Positions 16,512-26,497 are shown, numbered from the stretch's first letter. The stretch is 45,032 bases of DNA from an uncultured Erysipelotrichaceae bacterium (GCA_902803495.1 CADCPY010000073.1:1-45032); one strand, 5' to 3'. A program made the numbers and translations. The notes: generated by a model not told the origin, from the sequence alone.

Positions 16512-17009
16512 TTATCGGATATACGTCACTTTCTTTTCATCAAAACGGTCCGGGGTCTCTCTCTTTTCCGCCGGATAGCCGAACTGTACGGAAGCAACCG
16601 AAGCATAGTTCTCCGGGAACTCCAGAATACGGCTGTATGCCTGGGCGCGGTCGCTCTCCGGCATTAAGGCACACCAGACGCAACCGATTCCCATGCTCGT
16701 CGCCTGCAGCAGCATGTTTTCGATGGCGGCGCCGCAGTCCACGATACCGAACGGGTCATTGACACCCTTCTCGTATCCGACAACAACCGCAAAGGCGCAG
16801 TCCTTTGTCATTTTGGCATACGGATTTGCGTCCGCCATCTTCTGCAGTTTCTCCCGGTTTGTTACAACCACAAAGCGGCATTCCTGCAGATTTCTGGCTG
16901 TCGGTGCCAGAAAGGCAGCTTCCAGAATCTCACGGATCTGTGCATCCGTGACCGGTTCTCCGGTATACTTGCGGATACTTCTTCTGTTTTTAATGACATC
17001 CAACACCAT
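16512..17009 (-). CDS. nitroreductase family protein
   Basis: RRSIRKYTGEPV...APTARNLQ is the nitroreductase N-terminal signature. The gene lies 1 nt from the xth start. Confidence 0.85.
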   Translation of the reverse strand: MVLDVIKNRRSIRKYTGEPVTDAQIREILEAAFLAPTARNLQECRFVVVTNREKLQKMADANPYAKMTKDCAFAVVVGYEKGVNDPFGIVDCGAAIENMLLQATSMGIGCVWCALMPESDRAQAYSRILEFPENYASVASVQFGYPAEKRETPDRFDEKKVTYIR

Positions 17010-17013
17010 ATAT

Positions 17014-17682
17014 TTACCTCCTGAAGACGATATAGCCTTCGTTTAACGTCATGATTGCCCTGCCGTTGCGCATAACGATCAGGTCTGCCACTTCATCTTT
17101 CTTTAAAACCGTGCTTCCCTTGATCACTTCCTCGCGGAACAGCTTATGGAACTTATCGCAGTACGGCTTCAGCATGATTGCATCCGCATCGTCCTCTACC
17201 GCATAGTAGAGCGGCATGCGCACCTCATTGGATTTTTTGAAGAATGCTTCCGCCTTGCTGAAATCCTCCAGCAGATAACCGCTCAGTTTCAGCCACGGAT
17301 CCTGCTGATAGTTTAGACGGGCATTTTCCATTGTTTCCACATCTTCCGCATTCAGCAAGAGTTCGCAGCGCACCGGAGCGTCTCCGCTCTCATACACCTT
17401 CTCGATTTCCTGCAGTTTCTCTTTGGAGACATTGGTCATTACGGAAACGATGCCCTGCGATGCCAGTTCATTCATCACCTTTAATACGTCACCTTCAAAA
17501 ACATTCTTTTTGATGAGCCGCTTGGCATGGCGGATCTCGCACAGTTTGACATCGATCGGAATCGCTTCAAAAGACCTGTTCAGAATCTCCTCATTGCTGC
17601 CGATCTCGTTAATAAAAGCGTCTTCGATCAGAACCGCTTCGTCGTTTTCATTGATTTTTGCGTTATATAATACTGTTAACAT
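17014..17682 (-). CDS. hypothetical protein (222 aa)
   Basis: The ORF is tightly linked to the nitroreductase gene (4-nt gap). I prefer ATG 17682 (MLTVLYNAKI) over the track TTG start 17718, which sits 10 nt after the MFS terminator with no SD. Confidence 0.55.
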   Translation of the reverse strand: MLTVLYNAKINENDEAVLIEDAFINEIGSNEEILNRSFEAIPIDVKLCEIRHAKRLIKKNVFEGDVLKVMNELASQGIVSVMTNVSKEKLQEIEKVYESGDAPVRCELLLNAEDVETMENARLNYQQDPWLKLSGYLLEDFSKAEAFFKKSNEVRMPLYYAVEDDADAIMLKPYCDKFHKLFREEVIKGSTVLKKDEVADLIVMRNGRAIMTLNEGYIVFRR

Positions 17683-17724
17683 AATTTCATTATACAGGAT
17701 TTTACAAAACCCTACCAATGCGCA

Positions 17725-17756
17725 ACATAAAAATGAGTATCCGTCGGATACTCATT
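17725..17756 (-). terminator. intrinsic terminator after the MFS gene
   Basis: The minus strand reads AATGAGTATCC-GAC-GGATACTCATT followed by TTTATGTT. Confidence 0.75.
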
Positions 17757-17763
17757 TTGTTAT

Positions 17764-18933
17764 CTAAGCGGAAACGTTTCCGCCCTTTTTCTTTCCTTTG
17801 AAGTAAAGGAAGATTAGGGCCAGGGAAATCAGGGAGATCGATGCGATACAGTACAGCGTTGCGTCGATTCCGATGCTGTCCTCCAATAAACCGGCCATCA
17901 TCGGCGATAATAACGCACTCACGCCGCTGTAAAGCGACAGACCGATCTGCTGGGCTGACACCTTCATCTCTTCCGGGCTCTCCGCATCAATCAGCTGCTT
18001 GGAAACAATGGTTAAAAGCGGGAACGTGCACATCTGGAGTGCGGCTGCAGCCGTCATCAGTGAAACGCTCTGCACCGCGCCGAACAGAACAAACTTCAGA
18101 CCGTAGAAGAAAGTTGTCAGATATAACAGGCGCTTCATACCGATTTTCTCCCCCAGCTTGTTGCCGTAGAAGAACAGCGGAAGTTCCACCATCGCCGTCA
18201 CGATCCAGTAGAAGCTGACATTCCGCTCGGTTGCGCCGAGAATGCTGAGCTTGTCAATGACCGTATAGTCCTGACAGCAGGTAATGGTGAATAAAGAGAA
18301 GAGAATCAGAACGACCAGCATGTAGTCGCGGTTGGTCAGCAAGCGGCGCACATTATCCATCGTGATCGGCGCATCCGCCTCTTTCTTAACGTCTTTGACT
18401 CCGTTGCAGATCAGTAACATCAAGACCGTCACTACCGCATAGGCAATGCCCAGAGAGCCGTAGCCGAACCATTCCGTCAGATAGCTTCCGACATAGCTGC
18501 CGATCGACCAGCCGATGGAGCCCATCGCCCGGATCGTCCCGTAGCGGTTTTTACATTCTTCATCCACTTCCAGCGTCCATCCGTCAATCAGACCGACCGT
18601 AATACGCATCAGCGCCACGTTGGCCGTCACCAGAAACAGGTGGACCAAGAAGTGCTTTCTTGTATAGAAATAAAGGGCAATCGCTACAACAATATAGAAT
18701 ACATGCGTCCAGTAGACATACTTTTTGATCGTATGATGCTTGTCACAGAGGTATCCGATGTAGAACTGCAGCACGATTCCCACCAGAGCGGAAACCGTAA
18801 ACATGATACTGCGGTCCGTTGCCGTATAGCCGAGAGATGCCAGGAAGGTGATTATCAGGCAGTATCCCAGACCCTGGGCAATATAGAGCAGTAACTGAAT
18901 TAATAGAAATGCATTGAAATTTCGTTTCAGCAT
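17764..18933 (-). CDS. MFS transporter (about 12 TM)
   Basis: Hydrophobic throughout, with MFS-like loops. I prefer the start MLKRNF at 18933 (AGGAGAAAACGAAT-ATG) over the track start 18993. Confidence 0.8.
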   Translation of the reverse strand: MLKRNFNAFLLIQLLLYIAQGLGYCLIITFLASLGYTATDRSIMFTVSALVGIVLQFYIGYLCDKHHTIKKYVYWTHVFYIVVAIALYFYTRKHFLVHLFLVTANVALMRITVGLIDGWTLEVDEECKNRYGTIRAMGSIGWSIGSYVGSYLTEWFGYGSLGIAYAVVTVLMLLICNGVKDVKKEADAPITMDNVRRLLTNRDYMLVVLILFSLFTITCCQDYTVIDKLSILGATERNVSFYWIVTAMVELPLFFYGNKLGEKIGMKRLLYLTTFFYGLKFVLFGAVQSVSLMTAAAALQMCTFPLLTIVSKQLIDAESPEEMKVSAQQIGLSLYSGVSALLSPMMAGLLEDSIGIDATLYCIASISLISLALIFLYFKGKKKGGNVSA

Positions 18934-19004
18934 ATTCGTTTTCTCCTGTACTCCTATACTAATGGAAACATTTTCAAAGTACAAGTGGACCACTTCAAAA
19001 GATA

Positions 19005-19033
19005 TTAAAAAAACTGAGGGAGGATTCCCTCAG
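19005..19033 (-). terminator. intrinsic terminator after the small peptide gene
   Basis: The minus strand reads CTGAGGGA-ATCC-TCCCTCAG followed by TTTTTTT. Confidence 0.8.
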
Positions 19034-19040
19034 TGACTGC

Positions 19041-19145
19041 TTAGTTTGCCATGCTCATGACTGCGGCCAGAAAGCTCAGTACCGTTCCCAGAGTCATAAA
19101 CAGAATGCTGATAATGATAATCAATTTTCTTCGTTTCTGTTTCAT
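19041..19145 (-). CDS. candidate 34-aa single-TM peptide (below the ORF-track size cut-off)
   Basis: My translation is MKQKRRKLIIIISILFMTLGTVLSFLAAVMSMAN. Its ATG shares a base with the upstream stop (TGATG), and a strong terminator follows 8 nt after its stop. Confidence 0.5.
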   Translation of the reverse strand: MKQKRRKLIIIISILFMTLGTVLSFLAAVMSMAN

Positions 19146-19561
19146 CAGGACTTCTTATCAAAACTCTTGTGACACTTCGGACATGTCACCGTGATGTTCC
19201 CCTTTCCTCTCGGTACCCTGAGTTCTGTCTTGCAGTAAGGGCATTTAAAATACTTGTAGTCTTTCTGTTTCTGCAGGCGGCGGAATTTCTTCACCACCCA
19301 GGCCCGGATCGGCTCCACGGTTCTCAGAAATGCCTGGTTCTCATTTCTGCGGCTGCTCAGCTTCTTGGAGAAGAAACGGAACAGATACAGAAGAAGAAGC
19401 ACTAGACGGATGAGACCGACCGCATTGTTCTGTGAACCGACAGAGAATAATGAAATCAGGAAATAGACCGACAGGATAAAGTATCCTAAGGCATCGTTCC
19501 CGTTTCTTCCGGACATGAAAGCCTGAAATTTATAAGCTAAGCGGTAGAAAAAATCTTTCAT
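19145..19561 (-). CDS. zinc-ribbon membrane protein (hypothetical)
   Basis: Two TM segments are followed by CPYC-x17-CPKC (CPYCKTELRVPRGKGNITVTCPKCH). Confidence 0.65.
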   Translation of the reverse strand: MKDFFYRLAYKFQAFMSGRNGNDALGYFILSVYFLISLFSVGSQNNAVGLIRLVLLLLYLFRFFSKKLSSRRNENQAFLRTVEPIRAWVVKKFRRLQKQKDYKYFKCPYCKTELRVPRGKGNITVTCPKCHKSFDKKS

Positions 19562-19573
19562 TCAAACTTCCTT

Positions 19574-20497
19574 CTATAATTCTGCCAAAAGATAGTCAGC
19601 CACCAGGCGCACCGTCCGTTCGTACTGTGAGGAATTCTCCTCACTGACGTTAAAGGAATGGTTGACGTGATCCAGATAGGCATACTGTAATTTGGCCTTT
19701 TTATTCAGGTATTGCAGAGCCTTGCCGCTGTATTCCGCAGGGACAACCTCATCTTCCGCACCCTGAATATAAAGAATATGACCGGTGAAGTCCTTCAGAG
19801 CTCTTAAGCTGTCATATTCCTTCATATCTTCAAAGAAGCCTTCCGAAACCTTGATCCGGTTTCCCGGTCCGTCTTCAAAGAGGATATAGCCGTTCTGTTT
19901 GGCGCTCTCTTCCAGTTTCTTGTAACTGTTCACGCCGCCGAACAGCTCTTCCGCAGCGCCGTCATACGCTCTTCCTAAAGACGGTGCCAGTAAGACCAGC
20001 GCATGGAATTCTTTTCTTAAACGGCTGAAGAGAACCGCATCTCTTCCGCCCATGCTGTAGCCGACCAGGGCCAGATGGTCCATGTCGATGTTGTATTCCA
20101 CAAGCATGTATTGAAATGCCGTGTCGATGTCCGCAATGTTGTTGCTGAGGCGGTAGGAAGTGAAATCTTCACTGCTTTCCCCGCATCCGGCATGATCCAT
20201 CATCACGGATGCCACACCCTTGGCCGCCAGGTTTCTGGCAATCATCAGGAAACGGCCTTCACTCGTCTTATCGTCGTTGAATCCCGGGCAGAAAACAACC
20301 AGCGGAACCTTCTTTAAGGTTACCGGACGCACGATTTTGCACGGCATGTCACAACCGCGCGTATTCTTGATTACAACGTCCTTTTCCTCAATCTGCTCCC
20401 CGGATTTAGCCTTTGTCAGATAATAATATGTTGTGGCGGAAATTGCCGCTGCCGTACCTAAGAGCAGCAGTGCATTCCGTTTTTTATTTTTTGCCAT
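19574..20497 (-). CDS. alpha/beta hydrolase with N-terminal membrane anchor
   Basis: Contains the nucleophile elbow GYSMGG and an N-terminal hydrophobic segment LLLLGTAAAISATTYYYL. Length is 307 aa. Confidence 0.8.
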   Translation of the reverse strand: MAKNKKRNALLLLGTAAAISATTYYYLTKAKSGEQIEEKDVVIKNTRGCDMPCKIVRPVTLKKVPLVVFCPGFNDDKTSEGRFLMIARNLAAKGVASVMMDHAGCGESSEDFTSYRLSNNIADIDTAFQYMLVEYNIDMDHLALVGYSMGGRDAVLFSRLRKEFHALVLLAPSLGRAYDGAAEELFGGVNSYKKLEESAKQNGYILFEDGPGNRIKVSEGFFEDMKEYDSLRALKDFTGHILYIQGAEDEVVPAEYSGKALQYLNKKAKLQYAYLDHVNHSFNVSEENSSQYERTVRLVADYLLAEL

Positions 20498-20503
20498 ATT
20501 GCC

Positions 20504-21625
20504 TTATTTTCCCTCTGCTGTGCTGTAATCGCGCATATACAGTTCGTAGTACTCATCAAATGTCAAACCGGAATTGTAGATCTTGGTTGCCAGTTCTTTT
20601 CCGACATAGCGGTAGTGCCACGGTTCGAAGGAGTAACCGGTGATCTTTTCTCCGGAGGCCGGATATCTCAGAATGAAGCCGTATTTGTGGCAGTTGACGG
20701 AAATCCAGGCATATTCTTCCGTAGTATCGAATTCCAGGGACTCCTTATTGGTTGCCGTGATATCCATGCTTAAGCCCAGCTGATGTTCCGAGCTTCCCGG
20801 TCTGGCACTGTAGGCATCCGCATACAGTTCGCCCTTGCTGTTGAGATAGCGGTCATACAGTTCTTTCTGCAGTTCCGCATTCCGGTAACCGCTGGTAATA
20901 TAGACACCGCGGATTCCTTCCACACCGGCTGCCAGCATGTCTGCTTCCATTTCCTTAAAGGCTTCATAGGCTTCCGAACGGAGTTCCACACCTTCCGAAG
21001 CATACTGACGGGAACAGCTGACCACATCCGGGACATAATCCGTAGAGATCATGTTGTATTTATTCACGATGACATCGAGTGCGGCTGCATCTTCAACCTG
21101 CGATACATTCTCGTAGTATTTCGTATAGTCATTCTTGACGAAAACATTCTGAATCGTCCTGTGAGATGTAACATCCTGAATGTAGTCATCCATGTTTGTC
21201 ACGTTATTGAAAACAAGCAGCGGTGTGATTTCCTTGAAGCTAAGATTGGCAAAGCACTTCAAAGCATCTTCTTTCGCATATCCTTTTTTCAGCAAGATAT
21301 CATTTAAATGAATGATCTCATCATTCACGTTAGTAGTCACATAATAGAGATCAAAATGTTCCGCAACCTTAATTCCACGTTTCAGATTCTCATCCAGAGC
21401 TTCCGAATATTCTTTTTCCAGAACCGTGTTTGTCAGTTTCTGTTCCATGATGGCAACGGCGCTTTCCTTGGAATACCCGAGCTTGGTAATCTTACGACGG
21501 GTGGAAGAAGGGATGAATACGGTGAAGATCAAAATGACCAGAATCAAAATGGCAAGACCGATCAATCCGTATTTGAACTCTTTTCTTAATCTTCTCTTTC
21601 TTTTCTTTACAGGTACTGTTGTCAT
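20504..21625 (-). CDS. M15B (VanY-type) D-alanyl-D-alanine carboxypeptidase family protein, membrane anchored
   Basis: SEHQLGLSMDI (H-x6-D) and EPWHYRYVG (E-x-x-H) are zinc-ligand motifs. An N-terminal TM segment is present. I prefer ATG 21625 over the track GTG 21634. Confidence 0.85.
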   Translation of the reverse strand: MTTVPVKKRKRRLRKEFKYGLIGLAILILVILIFTVFIPSSTRRKITKLGYSKESAVAIMEQKLTNTVLEKEYSEALDENLKRGIKVAEHFDLYYVTTNVNDEIIHLNDILLKKGYAKEDALKCFANLSFKEITPLLVFNNVTNMDDYIQDVTSHRTIQNVFVKNDYTKYYENVSQVEDAAALDVIVNKYNMISTDYVPDVVSCSRQYASEGVELRSEAYEAFKEMEADMLAAGVEGIRGVYITSGYRNAELQKELYDRYLNSKGELYADAYSARPGSSEHQLGLSMDITATNKESLEFDTTEEYAWISVNCHKYGFILRYPASGEKITGYSFEPWHYRYVGKELATKIYNSGLTFDEYYELYMRDYSTAEGK

Positions 21626-21790
21626 AATTCTCACTCTTTTCTTATACTTTTATTATTTAATTATAACACTTTATATCATTGAAAACTAATATAAGCTTGA
21701 AACCTGGGCTCCGTGGCAGAGGATCAGGGAGTATTCCGGCCAAAGTTTATTCCCTGTTGTTCCCAAATTTTTCCCCAAATCGATATGGAA

Positions 21791-21823
21791 ACAAAGAAAA
21801 ACATCGCATGTTACGCGATGTTT
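21791..21823 (-). terminator. intrinsic terminator after tRNA-Lys
   Basis: The minus strand reads ACATCGC-GTAACAT-GCGATGT followed by TTTTCTTTGTTT. Confidence 0.7.
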
Positions 21824-21833
21824 TATTGGCAAA

Positions 21834-21909
21834 TGGTGTCCTGTTAGGGACTCGAACCCTAGACCCACTGATTAAGAGTCAGTTGCTCTACCAACTGAGC
21901 TAACAAGAC
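21834..21909 (-). tRNA. tRNA-Lys (anticodon CTT), CCA encoded
   Basis: The reverse complement is GTCTTGTTAGCTCAGTTGGTAGAGCAACTGACTCTTAATCAGTGGGTCTAGGGTTCGAGTCCCTAACAGGACACCA. It gives a clean cloverleaf with loop CTCTTAA. Confidence 0.9.
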
Positions 21910-21961
21910 ATTGGGAAGGCTAAATCGAAATTTAGCCTTAACTTTTGTTTTTTCTCAGAAA

Positions 21962-23146
21962 TTACTTAATGATTTCTGTAACGTTACCTGCACCAACAGT
22001 ACGTCCGCCTTCTCTGATGGAGAAACGAGTTCCCTGTTCCAGAGCGATTGGAGCGATTAAGGAAACATGTAAGTTAACATGGTCACCAGGCATAACCATT
22101 TCCTTGTCTGCCGGTAACTGGATAACACCAGTAACGTCAGTTGTACGGAAATAGAACTGAGGACGATAGTTGCTGACGAACGGTGTATGACGTCCGCCTT
22201 CTTCTTTCGTTAAAACGTAGACCTGTGCGTTGAACTCTGTATGTGGAGTGATGGATCCCGGTTTAACTAAGACCTGACCACGCTGAACCTGGTCACGGTT
22301 GATACCACGTAATAATGTACCGATGTTATCACCAGCCATAGCCTGGTCTAATAACTGACGGAACATTTCAATACCAGTAACGACAGTGGACTGTGTTGGT
22401 TTGAGACCGACGATTTCAACCTTATCGTTCATATTTAAGACACCACGTTCAACTCTACCTGTAGTAACAGTACCACGGCCAGTAATTGTCATAACGTCTT
22501 CAATGCTCATTAAGAACGGTTTATCTGTTTCACGAACTGGATCTGGGATGTATTCATCAACAGCATCCATCAGTTCCATGATGCATGGTACCCATTTCGG
22601 ATCACCTTCACCGGCTTTTAATGCGGAACCACGGATGACTGGGCAGTTGTCGCCGTCGAAGTCATACTCATTTAATAATTCTCTGACTTCCATTTCGACT
22701 AAGTCGATTAATTCTTCATCGTCGACCATGTCGCATTTATTTAAGAATACAACGATGTATGGAACACCAACCTGACGAGCTAATAAGATGTGCTCACGTG
22801 TCTGTGGCATTGGTCCATCAGTTGCAGCAACGACCAGGATAGCACCGTCCATCTGTGCAGCACCAGTGATCATGTTCTTAACATAGTCAGCGTGCCCCGG
22901 GCAGTCAACGTGTGCATAGTGACGTTTTTTAGTAGAATATTCTACGTGAGCTGTATTGATCGTGATACCACGAGCTTTTTCTTCCGGTGCGCCGTCGATC
23001 TGGTCATAAGCCATTTCTTTGGATAAACCCTGCTGTGCTAAGACCTTAGTGATAGCAGCTGTCAATGTTGTCTTACCATGGTCAACGTGTCCGATAGTAC
23101 CAATATTGACATGAGTTTTAGATCTGTCAAATTTCTGTTTTGCCAT
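21962..23146 (-). CDS. tuf: elongation factor Tu
   Basis: [33 protein letters not shown]...DCPGHADY...NKCD. Full length is 394 aa. Confidence 0.99.
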   Translation of the reverse strand: MAKQKFDRSKTHVNIGTIGHVDHGKTTLTAAITKVLAQQGLSKEMAYDQIDGAPEEKARGITINTAHVEYSTKKRHYAHVDCPGHADYVKNMITGAAQMDGAILVVAATDGPMPQTREHILLARQVGVPYIVVFLNKCDMVDDEELIDLVEMEVRELLNEYDFDGDNCPVIRGSALKAGEGDPKWVPCIMELMDAVDEYIPDPVRETDKPFLMSIEDVMTITGRGTVTTGRVERGVLNMNDKVEIVGLKPTQSTVVTGIEMFRQLLDQAMAGDNIGTLLRGINRDQVQRGQVLVKPGSITPHTEFNAQVYVLTKEEGGRHTPFVSNYRPQFYFRTTDVTGVIQLPADKEMVMPGDHVNLHVSLIAPIALEQGTRFSIREGGRTVGAGNVTEIIK

Positions 23147-23196
23147 CTTGCAATTTTCCTCCTGAATTTATAAATCTTTTTTGAATCACCGCTATT

Positions 23197-23225
23197 ATTT
23201 TAAGATAAATACCAATTAAAATCAA
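23197..23225 (-). promoter_or_regulatory. candidate internal promoter for tuf, TTGATT-17-TAAAAT
   Basis: The minus strand in the fusA-tuf spacer reads TTGATTTTAATTGGTATTTATCTTAAAAT. Confidence 0.5.
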
Positions 23226-23237
23226 TACAAATTGTGA

Positions 23238-25313
23238 TTAATCGTTACTTCTCTTTTTGGCGATTTTTTCAGCAATGTTCTTTGGAACATCACTGTAGTG
23301 ATCAAAGTGCATCGAATAGTTTGCACGGCCCTGTGTAATGGAACGTAAGTCCGTTGCATAACCAAACATTTCACTTAAAGGTACATGAGCCTTAACGACA
23401 ACTCGAGTTCCTTCTTCTTCCTGATCCGTGATACGGCCTCTTCTGCTGGAGATATCACCCATGACCGCGCCGAGGTATTCGGACGGTGCCGTGATGTCTA
23501 CGAGCATGATTGGCTCTAACAGGACCGGATTACATTTCTTGGCTGCTTCTCTTAACGCGAGACTTGCTGCCATCTTGAAGGCCATTTCAGAAGAGTCAAC
23601 TTCATGATAGGAACCATCAAATAATGTAGCTTTGATGTCGATGATCGGATATCCGGCCATTAAACCGTTGTTTAAGGCAGCTCTTAAACCGTCTTCAACC
23701 GGTTTGATGTATTCTCTCGGAACGGATCCGCCGACAACGGCATCCACGAATTCAAAGCCTTTTCCTTCTTCGTTTGGTTCGAAGCGGATCCAGACATCAC
23801 CGTACTGACCGCGGCCGCCGCTCTGACGTACGAATTTTCCTTCGCATTCTGCAGAGGAACGGATCGTCTCACGGTAAGCAACCTGCGGAGCACCGACGTT
23901 TGCTTCCACTTTGAATTCTCTCTTTAATCTGTCAACAATGATATCCAGGTGTAATTCACCCATACCACTGATGATCAGCTGACCTGTTTCTTCATCGGTA
24001 TATGCCTTGAATGTCGGGTCTTCTTCTGCCAGTTTCTGCAGAGCAGCATCCATCTTATCGGCGTCGTTCTTGCTCTTCGGCTCGATAGCGACGGAGATAA
24101 CCGGTTCCGGGAAGACCATGGATTCCAGAATAATCGGTGCTTTTTCATCGCAGAGGGTATCCCCTGTTGTTGTATTCTTTAAGCCTACAACAGCAGCGAT
24201 ATCACCGGCGTGAACTTCATCGATATCCTGACGGTGGTTGGCATGCATCTGGACTAAACGTCCGAAACGTTCCTTCTGGCCTTTGGAGGCATTCAGAACA
24301 TAGGATCCTGCCGTTGCCGTACCGGAATAAACTCTGAAGTATGTCAGTTTTCCGACAAACGGGTCTGTCATAACTTTGAAAGCCAGAGCGCTGAACGGTT
24401 CATCGTCACTTGCATGACGTACGCCTTCTTCATCTCCGATCTTTCCCTTGATGCTTGGAACATCCAGCGGACTCGGTAAATAGTCCACGACTGCATCCAG
24501 CATGGCGACTACGCCTTTGTTTTTGTATGCGGCACCGCACATGACCGGGAAGAACTCAGCGCTGCAGACACCCTTACGGATCGCACGCTTGATTTCTTCA
24601 ACCGTCAGTTCCTCTCCTTCGAGGACTTTCATCATGACATCATCGTCATAATCAGCGATTGCTTCGCATAATTTTTCACGATATTCTTCCACCTGATCAG
24701 CGTATTCATCCGGATAACCATCAGTGATGGTATCTGTTCTGCCCAGCTGATCTGTGAACATATGTGTTTTCTTTTCAATAATGTCAATAAAGCCATCAAA
24801 GTGAGCTTCCGCTCCAATTGGAATCTGGATCGTTGCGGCTTTCGCTCCCAGTTTATGTCCTAAAGAATTCAGAGACATAAAATAGTCTGCGCCAGTTGCA
24901 TCCATTTTATTGACAAAGACAATACGCGGAACATGGTATGTTGTTGCCTGGTTCCACACTGTCTCAGTTTGTGGTTCGACGCCACTCTTTGCGTCCAAAA
25001 CCGCTACTGCACCGTCTAAGACTCTTAATGAACGCTCTACCTCGACTGTAAAGTCAACGTGCCCTGGCGTATCAATAATGTTAATACGGCAACCTTTCCA
25101 CTGGGCTGTAGTTGCCGCGGAGGTAATGGTGATACCTCTTTCCTGTTCCTGAGCCATCCAGTCCATGGTGGCTGCACCGTCATGTGTTTCACCCATTTTG
25201 TGAGTTCTGCCGGTGTAGAACAGAATTCTTTCGGTAGTAGTGGTTTTGCCCGCGTCGATATGGGCCATGATACCAATATTTCTTGTATTAGCTAAACTAA
25301 ATGCACGTGCCAT
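23238..25313 (-). CDS. fusA: elongation factor G
   Basis: [31 protein letters not shown]...DTPGHVDF. I place the start at ATG 25313 (AAAGGAG 8 nt upstream), not the track GTG 25322. Confidence 0.98.
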   Translation of the reverse strand: MARAFSLANTRNIGIMAHIDAGKTTTTERILFYTGRTHKMGETHDGAATMDWMAQEQERGITITSAATTAQWKGCRINIIDTPGHVDFTVEVERSLRVLDGAVAVLDAKSGVEPQTETVWNQATTYHVPRIVFVNKMDATGADYFMSLNSLGHKLGAKAATIQIPIGAEAHFDGFIDIIEKKTHMFTDQLGRTDTITDGYPDEYADQVEEYREKLCEAIADYDDDVMMKVLEGEELTVEEIKRAIRKGVCSAEFFPVMCGAAYKNKGVVAMLDAVVDYLPSPLDVPSIKGKIGDEEGVRHASDDEPFSALAFKVMTDPFVGKLTYFRVYSGTATAGSYVLNASKGQKERFGRLVQMHANHRQDIDEVHAGDIAAVVGLKNTTTGDTLCDEKAPIILESMVFPEPVISVAIEPKSKNDADKMDAALQKLAEEDPTFKAYTDEETGQLIISGMGELHLDIIVDRLKREFKVEANVGAPQVAYRETIRSSAECEGKFVRQSGGRGQYGDVWIRFEPNEEGKGFEFVDAVVGGSVPREYIKPVEDGLRAALNNGLMAGYPIIDIKATLFDGSYHEVDSSEMAFKMAASLALREAAKKCNPVLLEPIMLVDITAPSEYLGAVMGDISSRRGRITDQEEEGTRVVVKAHVPLSEMFGYATDLRSITQGRANYSMHFDHYSDVPKNIAEKIAKKRSND

Positions 25314-25343
25314 AGCGGACACTCCTTTCTAGAACCGTAAAGA

Positions 25344-25814
25344 TTACCAACGATAGTGAGCAAACGCCTTGTTTGCATCTGCCATACGATGTGTATCTTC
25401 TTTTTTCTTAACAGAAGCACCGGCACCGTTAGAGGCGTCGATGATTTCAGCGGCCAGTCTCTGTTCCATAGTCTTTTCACCTCTGAGGCGGCTATAGTTG
25501 ACTAACCATCTTAAACCTAATGTTAATCTTCTTTCCTTAGAAACTTCAACCGGGACCTGGTAGTTGGAACCACCAACTCTGCGGGCTTTCAGCTCTAACA
25601 TTGGCATGACATTTTCCAAAGCCTGTTCAAAGACTTCCATCGGCTGTTTGCCGGTCTTTTCTTCGACGATGTCAAATGCGTTGTATAAGATCTCCTGAGC
25701 GACGCCACGCTTGCCGTCGATCATGATCTTGTTGATTAAGCGAGTTACCAATTTTGAATTGTAAATTGGATCTGGCAAAACGTCACGTTTTGCAATATAG
25801 CCTTTTCTTGGCAT
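25344..25814 (-). CDS. rpsG: 30S ribosomal protein S7
   Basis: [31 protein letters not shown]...KAFAHYRW. Confidence 0.98.
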   Translation of the reverse strand: MPRKGYIAKRDVLPDPIYNSKLVTRLINKIMIDGKRGVAQEILYNAFDIVEEKTGKQPMEVFEQALENVMPMLELKARRVGGSNYQVPVEVSKERRLTLGLRWLVNYSRLRGEKTMEQRLAAEIIDASNGAGASVKKKEDTHRMADANKAFAHYRW

Positions 25815-25839
25815 TTACTTTTTCTTCCTTTCTGATCGA

Positions 25840-26247
25840 TTAAGCTTTCTTAGCGCCGTATCTGGAACGGGCCTGTTTGCGTCCGTCAACACCGGCACAG
25901 TCTAATGTACCACGAATGATGTGATAACGAACACCTGGTAAGTCTTTAACACGTCCGCCACGGATCATGACGACACTGTGTTCCTGTAAGTTGTGGCCGA
26001 TACCCGGGATGTAAGCAGTAACTTCCATGCCGTTGCTTAAACGGACACGGGCGTATTTTCTTAATGCGGAGTTCGGTTTCTTCGGTGTCATAGTGCCAAC
26101 ACGAGTGCAGACCCCACGTTTCTGTGGAGAAGATAAATCAGTGGCTCTCCGTTTTAAAGAGTTGTATCCTTTATTTAAAGCTGGAGATTTGGATTTCCAG
26201 GTTTTTTCTGTACGACCCTTACGAACTAATTGGTTAATTGTAGGCAT
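25840..26247 (-). CDS. rpsL: 30S ribosomal protein S12
   Basis: [12 protein letters not shown]...[11 protein letters not shown]...[14 protein letters not shown]. The start is ATG 26247 with GGAGAAATATTAAA upstream, and the track extension to 26331 is spurious. Confidence 0.98.
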   Translation of the reverse strand: MPTINQLVRKGRTEKTWKSKSPALNKGYNSLKRRATDLSSPQKRGVCTRVGTMTPKKPNSALRKYARVRLSNGMEVTAYIPGIGHNLQEHSVVMIRGGRVKDLPGVRYHIIRGTLDCAGVDGRKQARSRYGAKKA

Positions 26248-26348
26248 TTTAATATTTCTCCTTTCTTGCACACATTTCCTGGTGTGCCACATCGTTTCCT
26301 TAATAATGGTTTCCACAATTGCGGAAACCATTTAACATAAGCGTTATT

Positions 26349-26377
26349 ATTTTAATATTTCACTATGGGAATGTCAA
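26349..26377 (-). promoter_or_regulatory. sigma-A promoter TTGACA-17-TAAAAT for rpsL-rpsG-fusA-tuf
   Basis: The minus strand reads TTGACATTCCCATAGTGAAATATTAAAAT, about 100 nt upstream of rpsL. Confidence 0.7.
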
Positions 26378-26497
26378 CACTTTTTTTCATTTGTTTTCAG
26401 GGATTCTCCAAAGCGGATTTTTCCCTTTGACACGCCTTCCCTATTATAGAAAAAAACGGCATAAAAAGCTATACTTATACATAGACAGGAGAAACTT

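Noticed and set aside
21640-21790. ~150-nt untranslated stretch upstream of the VanY-like gene with a CAGGGA…TCCCTG hairpin and GGGGAA/GGGAAC repeats. I considered a riboswitch (for example the c-di-AMP ydaO class) or another cis-regulator.
   Set aside because: I could not match it to any riboswitch consensus I know. My best promoter guess for the gene (TGTTATAAT near 21655) lies downstream of it, so it may not be transcribed with the gene. The plus ORF 21679-21903 overlaps tRNA-Lys and is spurious. A covariance-model scan (Rfam) would settle this.
25900-26130. Streptomycin-resistance positions in S12
   Set aside because: The sequence shows wild-type [11 protein letters not shown] (Lys43 equivalent) and [14 protein letters not shown] (Lys88 equivalent). 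There is nothing unusual.
25840-26331. N-terminal extensions in the ORF track for rpsL (to 26331), rplA (to 39980), rplK (to 40377), the response regulator (to 1567), fusA (to 25322) and the MFS gene (to 18993)
   Set aside because: In each case an internal ATG gives the canonical conserved N-terminus and has a good SD 6-10 nt upstream. The extensions run through leaders or terminators.
26427-26450. Consensus TTGACA on the plus strand upstream of the MBOAT gene
   Set aside because: The nearest -10-like hexamers are 9 or 12 nt away, which is the wrong spacing. A weaker TAGAAA-17-TATACT at 26447-26475 is possible but unsupported.
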